DNA from: Octopus sinensis
Lineage: Eukaryota
Reading direction: 5' to 3'
Length of the DNA: 38,175 nucleotides
Assembly (NCBI RefSeq): GCF_006345805.1
Contig: NW_021835686.1
Span: forward strand, 1 to 38,175
The notes under the pieces were generated by a model that saw only the letters and a list, made by a program, of their open reading frames with translations, made no database searches and was not told the DNA's origin. Shown one piece after another: positions 11,762-23,800 of this stretch. The stretch's first letter is position 1, and every line of letters starts with the position of its first letter. Position numbers and translations under genes: made by a program.

Positions 11762-12116
11762 TTTTTATTTAATAAAATTAATATACTTTCTACATGGGTA
11801 CATTTAAGCATATGGCTAGAGATGTAGAGAAAGCAGCACTTACTAAAGAGCATCTTCTCATACTGGTTTTTGGTCCTCATTTTTGGAGGCCATATTCTTG
11901 GTTGTCTTCGAGACATCTCTATTTCGGTGATTTGGAGGGATTGGTCAACAAATCTGACAAGAATGCTGACAACGCTCACTTTTCTAATGGATCTTAACGC
12001 CTTTAAGGAAGATTGCAATAAATGTGCCAAAAATATTTGACCTTGTACACTGATTTTCAGATCACTTTTAAACGGTGTTATAACATACCTGACTTGTTTG
12101 TGTATCGTAAGTATGT

Positions 12117-12586
12117 CAAAAAGTAAATGGTTGGGGACTTACACCAATTCGACATTCTCCTTGCAAAACGTGCAAAACTTCTTGATCAGTAAACACAAGC
12201 CAATTAAACTTTTTACTTGACGTCAAAAAGGCTAGTCTTAAACAAAACCTTTACTTAATTTTCAACTAAAATTAGACAATTTCCTCAAATATGTTCTTGT
12301 TCTATTCGATCAGGGCCATTTACTATCGCCTCATTTGATGTTAGAGGACTAGCAGCGAGTTCAAAAAAGTAAACCCTGTACAAGGATCGTTATGAAATGG
12401 ATGCATGTTGTCTTCAAGATACACAAGTCGAGGGAGGATGACGTTTTCGGAAAATACCACCTAATATACTAACGTCAAAGTGCCGACACTACAAAGAACA
12501 TTGCACAAGCGAAACAATAAATACTGTTTATTGGTAACGCAAACGTCCTATAACTAACTAACAAAAAGTAAATGGTTGGGGACTTA
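12117..12586. repeat. Perfect 25-bp direct repeat pair
   Basis: caaaaagtaaatggttggggactta at 12117-12141 and 12562-12586. Confidence 0.9.
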
Positions 12587-13130
12587 AATTAATGATGGCA
12601 TTGTTACTCAAGATAATCCGCATTGAAGTCATTCGATGTGAACAACGACACGAGGAAAAATGGAAACATACAAAGAAACTCTCTTAGGAGATACAGAAGA
12701 CATGATACGAAGAAAATCACTAGAAACTTTTGCGCTTAAAAGATTAAACAACGTATGGTTGAGAGGTAAACAAATTTCTGCGTCTTAAAAATCAAACTAT
12801 ACAATATGTTCGTAAAACCAGTCTTATTGTACAAATCCTCCTCTTGGGCACTCACAGTGCACGAAATGGAAAATCTGAATTTCTTCCATAGAATGCAGCT
12901 GAAATACATTCTATAAATCTTTTGGCCAAAGCCCATATCAAACAAACATCTCTACTCCAATTACAATGTACATCCTTCGGACGAAGAAATAAGAAGTAAT
13001 AGATGAGGCTTATCCGGTCACATCATAAAAATGGACAGGAAAACTCCCGCAAATCTCGCAATGGAACACCACTACGCTCCTCATTCGGGAACGACCTTCC
13101 GAGTAAGACCACGAATTAACGGGACTACGC
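12285..13130 (+). mobile_element. RTE-like LINE relic (APE start plus RT C-terminal region, internally deleted)
   Basis: 12285-12495 is homologous in DNA sequence to ~4135-4350. 12840-13075 encodes WALT...FHRMQLKYIL...SNKHLY...GHIIKMDRKTPANLAM, typical of the RTE C-terminus. Confidence 0.7.
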
Positions 13131-13329
13131 TAAAAAGAAAAATGTTGAAGATCTTTTTATTTTACCGTGTTTACAACAACGCGGGAGCCGATTGGTTTAT
13201 CTATCCATTAATGCAAATAAATCTGAAATTGTGAATATCCACCTTCAACAAAGTTTATTCTCTGCCGCCTCTTCTGTTTGCCGCAATATTTTTCCAGACA
13301 TTCGTATTACCGAACTTTTTTAATTTAAA

Positions 13330-14080
13330 GACTTTATTTGAAAGGGAAAATCGAAAAATTAGTCATTCCTTTGGACTGTCTAGCGGAGATAGAGACCCAT
13401 GCTCGTTCTCTACGCTTGATGTCTTACGAAGGCGTCAAAAAAATTGAATTTCTCTGTTGCCGGAATTACTTTATCGTGAAAAGTGAGGTCGTAGGAAAAG
13501 TCATATTAGAGTGCGATGTCTGCAAGTTTTCTCTTTCACTTAAAGTTAAGTTGTTTTAGTAATGGTTTAGACCCGAATGAGCGGTTTCAAATAGATCTTA
13601 TTGATCTGAAAAGGTTTGAAAACGTTAACGGAGAATACAAATGGATTCTATCCGTTATTGACGTCTATAGTCGGTTTTATGATTATAATTATCATAGTTT
13701 TGCTTTTTCTAGGCCACTAATTAATAAGTCAGGAGTCGAGGTTTCAAAAAATCTCGAGTCCCTATTTTATCTAAACGGTCCCTGTCAGATTCTACAATCC
13801 GACAATCGGACAGAATTCGGGTTCTTTGCGAGTTCAAAATTCAACAGATCCACGGCAGTTTTGATTTTTAAATCAAACAAATTCAGGGAAGGCCCAACAA
13901 TCCACGGACACAAAGGATTGTAGAGAGATTCAACCACCAACATTTAACAAGAAAGTTACCAAAAATGCTTGATAACAGCGAGAAAAAGTGGATAGTAGAA
14001 TTAGAAAGATGTGTGTACAGTTATAGCATCTCTGTACATTCATTTTCTAATGAGAGCCCCTTTGAAAAATATAGGGGAAT
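13330..14080 (+). mobile_element. rve/DDE integrase element (Ginger/KRBA2-like), intron-containing, degenerate
   Basis: CxxC zinc finger (ECDVC), ERFQIDLIDL, WILSVIDVYSR|FAFSRPL, ILQSDNRTEF, IVERFN. 24-nt intron at 13674-13697. Confidence 0.85.
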
Positions 14081-14149
14081 TAGGGGAATAAATCCAATAA
14101 TTGATGGTTATATATAATTATGTTTTAGAATCTAAAAATTGACACTGGG

Positions 14150-15350
14150 TGCCGTTTTTTAACAACGAATGGAACCTTAAATACTGTTTCATCGAATTCA
14201 ATAAAAATGCTGTGTGTGTCATATGCAATGACAAAATTGCAGTTATGAAAGAATACAATATTCGACGTCACTATGAAACCAAACATGGACAAACATATTC
14301 ACAATTAACGAGTGATGTCCGTTTAAAAAAATTTGAATCACTGCGTCGAATTTTATTATCTCAACAAATAATGTTCAAAAGAAAATCTAATGAAAATGAA
14401 TCAATTACTATGGTAAGCTATAAAATAGCTTATCTCTTGGCTAAAAATTCAAATGTCTAGATGACCAGAATGTCGATATAGAAACGTCAAGTGGGTGGCT
14501 TTCAGTATAAATGTTTCTCCCAAAAGTAAAACACAATATTGCCTACTGCAGGACAAAAATCTGTTCTTTTCAACCAAGGGAGCATTGTGCAATCATTGTA
14601 TGAGAAGCAAAAAACGGTTGGGCATTTGGCAACAAAAGTTTAATCCAACAAACCAGACTATGACAAAACTAAACAAAAGATAACCCTAATCGACGTTGGC
14701 ATCACTTCCAAAATCGCCTCAAACAAGTCGAAACCGAGAAATTTCATAATATGATATGCTCGCATGATGCAAAGGTAAACGAACTTTCAATACTTTATGA
14801 TGCAAAGGTAAAGATTATCCCGGTTGTCTTGGATGGCGTTGCTTCGAGATACTTCAAATTAAATAGTCTAGTAACTAGACTTCTTGTTTAAAAAGTGTAA
14901 TTTCCACCACATCGAATGTTGATATGAGTTATAAAGTGAAAATAACAGGATTATAGTTAGAGACACGTTTTGAAATTTTTCGTGAACTTGAAAAAGAATT
15001 TACTGTTTTTCGATTACCATTCATTGCAAATATTACAGATCTTGCAGCTAACTTACAATTGGAAATTATTGATTTGAAATATGACTCAGATATGAAAAAT
15101 AAATTTACCATGGTGGGCTTAGACACCTTTTATAAATATCTCTTGCCGAAGTATCCCAACTTAACAGCCTTAGCTGCGAAAATCTTGTCAATGTTTGCAA
15201 GTACATATCTAAGTGAACAACTTTTCTTTTAAACATAAACAAAACAAAATTTCGATCAAGGCTCACCCACACTCATTTAAGCGATATTCTAAGATTGACG
15301 GTAACTCAGGATTTCACTCCAGATATTGACACTATTATAAAGAAAAAAAG
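14150..15350 (+). mobile_element. hAT transposase relic (GTF2IRD2/SPIN-like), internally deleted
   Basis: N-terminal VCVICNDKIAVMKEYNIRRHYETKH and C-terminal dimerisation region QLEIIDLK...YPNLTALAAKILSMFASTYLSEQLFS...SRLTHTHLSDILRL. The catalytic core is absent. Confidence 0.85.
14500..14880 (+). mobile_element. R4/Dong-like RLE retroelement fragment inside the hAT relic
   Basis: CLLQDKNLFF...CNHC...GHLAT, NKPD, TLIDVGIT remnants with many lesions. Confidence 0.7.
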
Positions 15351-15539
15351 AATAACACATTTATAACTTAGATGAAAATATTGACGCATCGTTAGAAACA
15401 AATAACACTATTTTTAATTTTTCGCCCACAGATATGAATTCATCGTATTTTAAAAGAATAAATAAAAAGATGGGAGTGCACATATCGAAGTATGATTTTG
15501 AAGAATGGAATGACGTGTAATTAATTAGTAACATTATAG

Positions 15540-16390
15540 GTTCGAATATTAAAAGATTATGGAACAAATCCATCATTAAAACTAAGCAGATTTGAATCCC
15601 CATATGAAGAAAAGGAAACAGTGAAAGAAGGTCGCTGCATGTGATCTCGCATAAAGGGATAAACAAAATAGAATTTCTCTGCCGTCAAAACTACTTTATT
15701 ATAAAAAGTAGCGCTATAAGAAAAGTTATTACTGAATGTGAGATATGTAAGTTTTCCCTCCCTCTTAAAGTTGTCCTTTTTAAATAACGTCTTAGACTGT
15801 TGACGAGAATAATCATGTTTTGGCCACCGTTCCAAATGAGCGTTTTCAAATTGATGTGATAGATTTGAAAAAGTTCCAAAGTGTCAACCAAGGATATAAA
15901 TCCGTGATTAATATTTATAGCCGGCATTAATTTATATATAACCAAATTAGTTTCGCCTTTGCAAGGCCATTGTTTAATAAGTCGGCAATTGAATTATGCC
16001 ACAATTTGGAGGATCTTTTCTACGTACATAAGCCATGTAAAATTCTACAGTCGGACAACGGGACAGAATTTAAAAATGCAGAAATTCAAAGTTTATGTCA
16101 AAGGTTCAGAACACTTCACATTCATGGAAGATCAAACAATTCTAGATCTCAGGTTATTCTACCAATTAATTTTTAGGGTATAGTGGAACGTTTTAAACAA
16201 GCGATAACAAGATCAATCGCCAAACATTGAAGCGCTTTATCAATTTGAGGGAGATGACGAAAACGAGGAAATAGATTATAAAATCATTGAAAATCTCAAA
16301 AAAGCGGGAGAAAAAATGATAAAAAAAGATGGAAATTTGACGAAGAAGATATCGAAGTGGAAGACTCAGTAATTTTGAGAAACGACATGG
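15540..16390 (+). mobile_element. Second rve/DDE integrase element, degenerate, two micro-introns
   Basis: YSR|FAFARP, KILQSDNGTEFKN, HIHGRSNNSRSQ|GIVERFKQ. Introns 15924-15950 (27 nt, GC donor as assembled) and 16153-16176 (24 nt). Confidence 0.85.
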
Positions 16391-16394
16391 GCAG

Positions 16395-16504
16395 AATCGA
16401 ACCTTTCAGTAGGATCTCCCTCGCTTGAATCGGGGACCGCGGGGATTATAATAATTAACTGGCTTACCCGTGTTTGGTCTTTAAATAAATAAAAAAAATA
16501 AATT
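16395..16504 (+). mobile_element. Second copy of the TAA-tailed retroelement 3' end
   Basis: gaacctttcag.aggatctccctcg...ataattaactggct...cccgtgtttggtctttaaata matches the 3' part of 90-251. Confidence 0.85.
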
Positions 16505-17438
16505 GGTGATTTACGAAACAAAGCTGTAGAAGAACTTGCAAAAAATAATCAGATTGAGAATTCCGCTTTTAAATATTGGTATCAATGCCAGGACTGCAAA
16601 TATTACCAGTTTTTTGATAAACCACAAAGATCGCAAAAAAAAGGAAAACCATTTGATAGACTCAACTAGACTCTAGTCGATAAATCAATAACAACAGTCA
16701 CTCCGGTCAATTTAGGCCCCCAAAAGAATTTGAGGCTCGAGGACGTAATTAAAGAATCAAAGCGAAAGAAAGGCAACTTCATAGTTTATAAAAATGATAG
16801 AATAGACCAAGGGGTTTCCGATTATAACAATTTAGCCTTTATGTATTGTCCGGCTCATTCTGACGACATCAGAACAGAAGAGCTTTTAGTGAGCTCTGCA
16901 TGGGAGTCATTGATCCCCAGAGAAAAGATAACGGGAAAAATCTACTCTTGGCAGCAGGAATTTTTCAAGCTGAACTGTTACATCAGAGATTATGAGAACA
17001 GATCATCTGAGGTAGTCAGGTATCAAGGTGTGATCAGGATTACTGATGAGTTCTCCTTTGTTTTATGCAACTTCTTTTATGTGGAATGCCTTATGGATGA
17101 TCAGATGGCACTATTATTCCTCGATACTAGTTTTATTCTCTACATCGCAAAGACATTGGGTAGATTCGTCAACCCAAGTTACTTCACAAAAGATTTTTTA
17201 CCAAATCACTTTTCCAACTGGGAAGCTTGTGGTCCTCCTTATATCAAGGCGATCTATTAATCTTCGCCATAAGAGGGGAGTAGCAGAAAAAGAGGGGCAC
17301 AACTGCGCCAGGTTAGTCACAGGATATGCAAAGTATTTGGATGAAGTGGTTAAACAAAGATTTAAGGTGGACAAGAATTGGTTTTCACACGTGGAGAAAG
17401 CAGTGGGGAAGAGATTCGTCAGGTGTAGCCCAGACTAG
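16505..17438 (+). other. Orphan intronless reading frame, ~310 codons, one TAG and one frameshift
   Basis: Frame from 16505 continues into the 16730-17260 ORF with one internal TAG near 16667. A shift near 17255 leads into NLRHKRGVAEKEGHNCARLVTGYAKYLDEVVKQRF...PD*. No family recognised. Confidence 0.5.
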
Positions 17439-18249
17439 TCACCACTTCTGCCTCCACTTGATTCCGTATATTATCACATCTGGCATGGAGCCATCGAGCA
17501 CACTCCCCACACTTCAACAGCAATTCCCCTTCTTTGGTGGGCGCATTGCAGCATGTTTCAACTTAGCTATCTTTAATTTCTTTCTTGTTTAATGAACAAA
17601 GCAGTACAAAAAAAAATTGTTTGAAGTTTATCGATAAATTGACAGATTAACATTAATTGAAGGTCTGTGTAACGCGCATCGCATAAGTATCAATTTGCCC
17701 ATGTCACATATTACATGACTCACCGAATGAACAAATGATAACGAAAAAATCGTCAATCGAATAAAAATTTTTAGTACTTAAAAAATGTTATTTTTATAAA
17801 AATGAAGAAAATTTCAGGCAATTTTACAAAATTGATGCCCCAAATGAAGTTTATACTGTATATAAAAAACTTAACTAGTCGTGGGAAAACGACAAGTATA
17901 TGAAAAAGTACCAAAAAATGATTAAAAATTGAATAAATAAATATTTCAAAAAATATTAGCGTTACAGAAATTTCAAAATGCGTAAAAGAAACAAATTATA
18001 GGAATAAATTCGAAAAATATCACAAAGTGATGAAATTTCAAATAATTTAATCATTAAAAGAAACTGCATCTCGAAATATTCCCACTAAATCCAATTATAT
18101 AAAAAATTAAGAAAAGGGTTAATTATATAAACATCACCACAAGGTGAATCAACTGCGTGCTCACATGTGGAATAATTTATTAGGTTTACCATTAAAAATT
18201 AGGATAATTAACGATAATTAATAAAAAAATAAACTATATTCTAATACAC

Positions 18250-19140
18250 AACATTGCCAAGTAATTCTGCGAATTACGCAAGAACTGCAGAGTCAGACAC
18301 TTGTTAATGTACCTATTGTATTAACATGGGATGGGCTGGTTACTCAAAAATTCCTACAATCTGCACTTTTTGATCAATCAGGTCTTTTTGGGAGATCATC
18401 ACAATCTCTATAAGCAGATTGTGCTTCTCATGTCCGCCTCGTTACTCTGGACTTTCGTATTTGTATTTATTGTTGTATCGATACGAATCTTCACAGAGTA
18501 ATTCGCACTCTTCGACTAAAAAAAATAGATTTTCAACCTTCGATTTCGTAATTCTATACTACCTGCACAACATAGTTCACTGTGTCTTTGTAAATAGTCA
18601 CTAGCATTCAATCACACCTTGTCGCCAAGTGATCAACCGTCTTCTTGGCTGAGTTACAATGACTGCACATTATTCCAGCATTATAAAAAATAGAATACTT
18701 TTCTGTATGAAACAGAGAGCCTTCACTGTTTTCGGTAAGTTTTTTCTATGCAATAATCAACTGGAAAATTAGATCATTTAAAAAATCTGAGAGAGTTGCA
18801 TGCAATTGCTTGTTCTTTATTTGCTCAATCATAAAGTTCCTCTGCAATTCTTTCAGCATGTTCAAAAAAAGATTCCCATTTCATGAAATGTATATTTGCG
18901 CTTGAGGTATTCCGTGATTGTAAGCAAATAGACCACTCCCGGGCATTGTTTCCCCTCCCCATTTTTTTTGTTGTGTGGCCGATTAAGACATCCGGTTCCG
19001 CAGCGATAAAACTGATGACGGCGTCAGTCGTCAATCCGGGTGCATATTGGATACATTGATCCTTCAAGGAGTCTATTAGTCTAAATGATGATGAGCCCTT
19101 TCTTTTAATACAATCCCGTCTCTCATTCAGCAAATTGGAT
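18250..19140 (-). mobile_element. R4/Dong-like RLE non-LTR retrotransposon 3' fragment
   Basis: KMGRG, IKNKQLHATL, MCSHCNSAKKTVDHLATRC and KIRIDT remnants. Confidence 0.75.
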
Positions 19141-19519
19141 TGTATAATTTGATGTCTCAGACAGTTTATGAATTTTTTGCTTTTATATTATTTATAATTA
19201 CGAAATGAACAGAAAAAGTAACTTTCTAGCAAAGTAAAATGGAAATTACATAATCCAACCAAAATAATCCGAGTAGGAATAAAGCAAAAAAAAACTTTAA
19301 AAGTCTATCAATTAAACATTCCATATGCCCATACGCGGAGCAGTTACTCCAGTTTAGGGATCGGTTTTTGATAATCAAGTTTTCTCAATGTCGCTTTCAC
19401 CCATTTGTTAATCGCCTTTCATACATAATTCTGAAAGTCACAAATAAAAATAATTAATAGTTATTCAGTTTTCGTTTTCGTAATTCTTAGTATTTTGTTA
19501 CATCAACGTCACCCTCTTA

Positions 19520-20380
19520 GGGCTCACCTACGTTCAGTGAACGAATGTCCAGATTCATATCAACGCGAGTCTAGATTCAGTAGCTACCTTCTCAACAGAC
19601 ATTGAAAACCCGTGCCTTGTCTCGGCTTGCATGCTTTCTAAGGTCTTCCGCAACACCAGTGTCTGAATCTATGCCTTCGCCCTTTCTTCCACGACAAGCG
19701 CCTTCAGGCGGGTTTTAAAGAATTTTGACACAAATCCGTCCAAGGTCATAATGACAGAGACGATCTTCACTTTTGCGCGGTGGATCGCTTCCAGTTTTTT
19801 CGCCATCAAGTCGTATTCCACTTTGACTTGACTTGCCAAGTTGCAGTGACTGCATTTATTCTCTCCGTTATTGAAAAACAAATTTCGGTCTTGCAGTAGT
19901 GACAGGCTTGGGGAATTGTTTCCATGGGTTAACAACCCGCAAGCATAATTAACATCAACTTCAGTATTTTTTATGCATTGAAACAAAATAGATTGGAAGG
20001 GCTTCTTTTCAATTTTTTCCCATAAATATTCACGTTGAATTTTCAGCAGGTCCGATACTGTCAATTCATATACATTTTCATTGTATTTTCAAGATAAGAA
20101 TTCTACGGTAGTGGCCATATGTGTTTTCTTTGGATTAATGGACGCAGAATTTCTGTTCTTTTTAGGCAGTATTTCAAATCACTATAAAATTGAAGAAGCA
20201 TTCTTCCCGCTTTATTGCTAACTGACTCCAGGCTACTCCCAAATTCCTTTCTTAAAAGATAAAGTCTTTTTTGCCGGTTTCAAGTGGATATGACTGTCCA
20301 TAAGAATTCGACCGATATTCTTATCAATCACTCTCCTTGCTCAATCACTTCTATTGATTTTAACTTGTCCTGAAATATAG
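19520..20380 (-). mobile_element. R4/Dong-like RLE element fragment with internal deletion
   Basis: RLYLLRKEFG..LESV, LLQDRNLFF..KCSHC joined directly to KVEYDLMAKKL..KVKIVSVIMTLDG, then IQTLVLRKTLES. Confidence 0.85.
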
Positions 20381-20826
20381 GTTTTTTAATTAAATATTAG
20401 ATTTTTATTTATGATATGAATACTGGAGTACATACTGTGATCAGTATTACGCCAAATATAGTCAAAATCAATTTGTTAGAAAATATCATTTTATTTTTTC
20501 CCCATTTTTTCTTGAATGTCAAATATGTAAGAAAGTCGTGACAAAGATCAGGAAATAAGGAAAGTTAAATTAATCATAAATTAATCGGCCAGCAAGCCGG
20601 ATGGAACAGCTGTTCCCGCGCACAACGGCCAACAGGATCCTTTGGATTAGGAATGTAAATTCCCTAGGATCCTTGGAGCTTGAATGTTAACTTGAACTAT
20701 ATTTTTTAAAATCAATATTTTCGTAAAAAAATACAAAGTAATTTATTTAATAAATAAAGTTTAATTATTATTAGCATATTGATTACTATTTAAATAATTA
20801 AAAAAGAAATTGTTTTGTGGACGCAC

Positions 20827-23800
20827 ATGACTGACCTCATAGATATCCTGACCAGGGATTTAAACTCTCTTAAAAATCAAGCAAAAAGAAAGTCCGAGCA
20901 CCTAATAACAGTAATCCAAATCTCCTAAATATAGTCGTGTGTAAACACAATAAAACTGCTTTCAGATATTAAACAAGATGAATTTCTGATTAAAGCCATG
21001 CGAGAAAACTCAGTCCCCTTTCTTTCCCCTTTCTTCGAGGCAGTCAATTCGCGAATTCCCTCAGCCGTGAAAATCGGTCTGCAGTCGATCAGATACTGCA
21101 CCACAAAGTCTGCCCTGGACAACGCAGTGACCAGACTTATTCTCAGGCAGGCGTGGACCACCTGGTCTCCCTCCTCTCCCTTCTTGCCAATAACGGAATC
21201 GAGGAACTCCGGGTCCTCCAGACGTGTTCTTCGCTGGTGGCAATGTACGAGCACATATCCTCGGATGTCCTCCGACGGGTCATTTCCCTCTGTTTCGGGG
21301 TTATTGGGTCACCAACACAAACCACGTGCATGGCCGGCCTGGCCGTGGTCAATCAGTTGGCCTCCTCTGTATTTGATCGTGCACTGACATTGAACGACGA
21401 CCCGTCCACTTCGCGGAGAGTGAGTGACTGTCCTCTCCCCCCGGGACTCAACTCCTATGAGGGGGACACCTACATGTTCATTCAGGTCACTTTTGCCTAT
21501 ATTTCAGGACTTGTGTGCAGTGGCCGGAGGCGACAAATCCAAGTGGATTCAGAAAATGGGGGGCATGGCCCTTTCTATTGAACTAATTATTTCAGTATTG
21601 AACAACAAGCTGTTTAGCACGGTTTGGGTGTCACATCATTCCAGAAAGAGGTCTTCCGAGACCTGGTTAGGACACAGGTCTGCTCGGTCGTCGTCCAACT
21701 CTTGTCCCACGGCCGTACATTCGAAAATCAATATCTGCACGTGTCTTTTTCGGCAAGACAACAATTGATGAAATTGGTATTCCTACTAGTCAGGACATTT
21801 GACTTTCTGGTTTGGACACGTTTTGATGTGGTAGGCACTGGAGAGTCATCTCATTGCCGGTCTCCTGTCTAAACTGGTCCTCATGGGAGACCGGGACGTC
21901 TTCTTTTATTCTCTTGCCGCAGACACCCTGCAGGCTTTCTTGAGGACGCATTTGTTAGAAGGTTTGGTTGGCGAGAAAGTGGCAGGGCGGTGGAGTTGGA
22001 GGACAGTGAGAGGAGGTCCTGCTACTTTAAGGTCATCAAAGTGAGTCTGAGTACATATTCTGCTCTCTGCTGGAGTGAATCCATTTTGTGGAGTCAAAAT
22101 CACGGAATTGCGGAATTTTATGACCAGCTGGGATTCCGTGTCGGAAACGTGTTTTATCCTCTCATCAAACTGGTCTACACGGACGGGTGTTCAGTGCACT
22201 GGTAGGTGACCCTCCTAATCGTCCAGTGTCAATATGGGGGAGGGGGAGGCACCCTCGGTTAGTCCTGCACACGTGCTGAATCTGATCTATGACCAGGTGG
22301 AGGACATGTTGGCAAACTGACCCTCTTTCTGGACACGTTGGGAGGTCGTCTGCTCATTTCTCTTGTTTTGGAGGACATTGTGAAATCCCTCAGTCTGTTT
22401 ATGATATCCTGGTGGCCTCTCGTTGTTATTTGTAGTACTTGCGACTCTAAATGACTAATTTGCTTTCTTTGGTGGAGGGAGTAGTGCGAGAGTGGAATAG
22501 GCGGGGACTGACTTGCCAAGTCGACTTGTTGGTGGCACTCGTGTCCTCCGCGATGCTCCCTCGGAGATTCACGGGAGTGTTATCCTACGACAATGTGCAC
22601 ACGTATTTGGAGAACTGTACTGGTTACTGTCGACTTGCAGATTTCGGGTACTCCCACGTGTACGAAGATGTCTATGGAAGTATTCATAGTGTGGTCATAT
22701 TTCTCTGTACACTCATAGGAACGTCGTAAAAGGGAAATGGCAGAACAGGTCCTCATTCGATTGGTTTCCGAGGGAGGATTGGAGGCTGGGTGGGGTCCTC
22801 TTGTGTTGTGTTTTAATGTGGGTGTGTTTGATATTCCCAGAACATGGCCATTTTGCGTGGAATGAGACCTACGTTCAATTTCACTGCAGTCATGGATGTG
22901 CTCTCCACCTCCAACTGCAGTGCCTGTGAAGGACCCCCCTTCGAGATTGTGTGGGATAAGATGTGTCTGATCCCCGGACTATGCCGATATGTCAGGTTGG
23001 TGTGTTTGTCCATTTGCAGTGCTAAGGACGACCAGCTGCAAGTCCTGTCCCATATCGCCAGACTGGGCAAACTGAGTCACCACGAGGTAGAGGCACCCTT
23101 CATGTTAGGAGGACATGCAACTCCTTTTTGCTGCCTGGATTGGGGAGTTGTGTGGACTGTGTGCTGCCAAGGTCGATGTGTGGTGGAATATGGCCACCGA
23201 CTGTCTTCTTCAACTCCTTTCCTTCTCTAACAAACGACTAAGGACAGCCACTCTCGGTCTTGTCTCAGGACTTGTCATATTCGCTCTCGTCAAATCGTAC
23301 AGTTCTTTTGATGGTGGCCATTCTATTGCATGTTGAAGTTACTCGGGTGGTCGCCTCCTTCCCCCACGACGAGGAGTGCAGACGAGTTCAACTGGATTGT
23401 ATCAATTTGATATTATCAACATGTCCGACGGAGGGAGAAGTCTGGTCACTCTTATTGAACAGTCTGAGGGGAGTGTAATGGCCTGTTGTGACATGACAGT
23501 GATACCAAGAGGGCATTCAAGACTGTCCAGACAATATCCGAACGACACTTGGAGTATATGTGTGTGGAAAATGTCCACATTCTCGCTGATTTGGTCGTCC
23601 AATTTGCCACGAGGAAGGTGGATTTGAATACGAGTCTGTCCTGCATAGGATTACTGGTAGTGGGGAATGTGCGACCAGATGTGTTCATGCACCCGGATAT
23701 GTTCTGTCACATATTCGCCAATCTGTCGGCCTGCTGCATGGATGAGAGATACTCCCTCCGTCGGTCTGCCGTCAACTCACTCTATTCGGCCATCACTGCT

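Noticed and set aside
11770-12110. Possible spliced gene fragment on the minus strand
   Set aside because: Micro-intron-like segments exist, but no consistent frame or recognisable product could be built.
16505-17438. Orphan frame as Fanzor/TnpB or orthobunyavirus nucleoprotein
   Set aside because: No RuvC D-E-D motifs or C-terminal zinc-finger layout. The KYLDEVVKQRF resemblance to bunyavirus N is a short local match with wrong spacing to other motifs.
20580-20700. Possible retroelement 3' end upstream of MON2
   Set aside because: It needs a frameshift to give a short TAV.RTA.RIL-like match; too weak to list.
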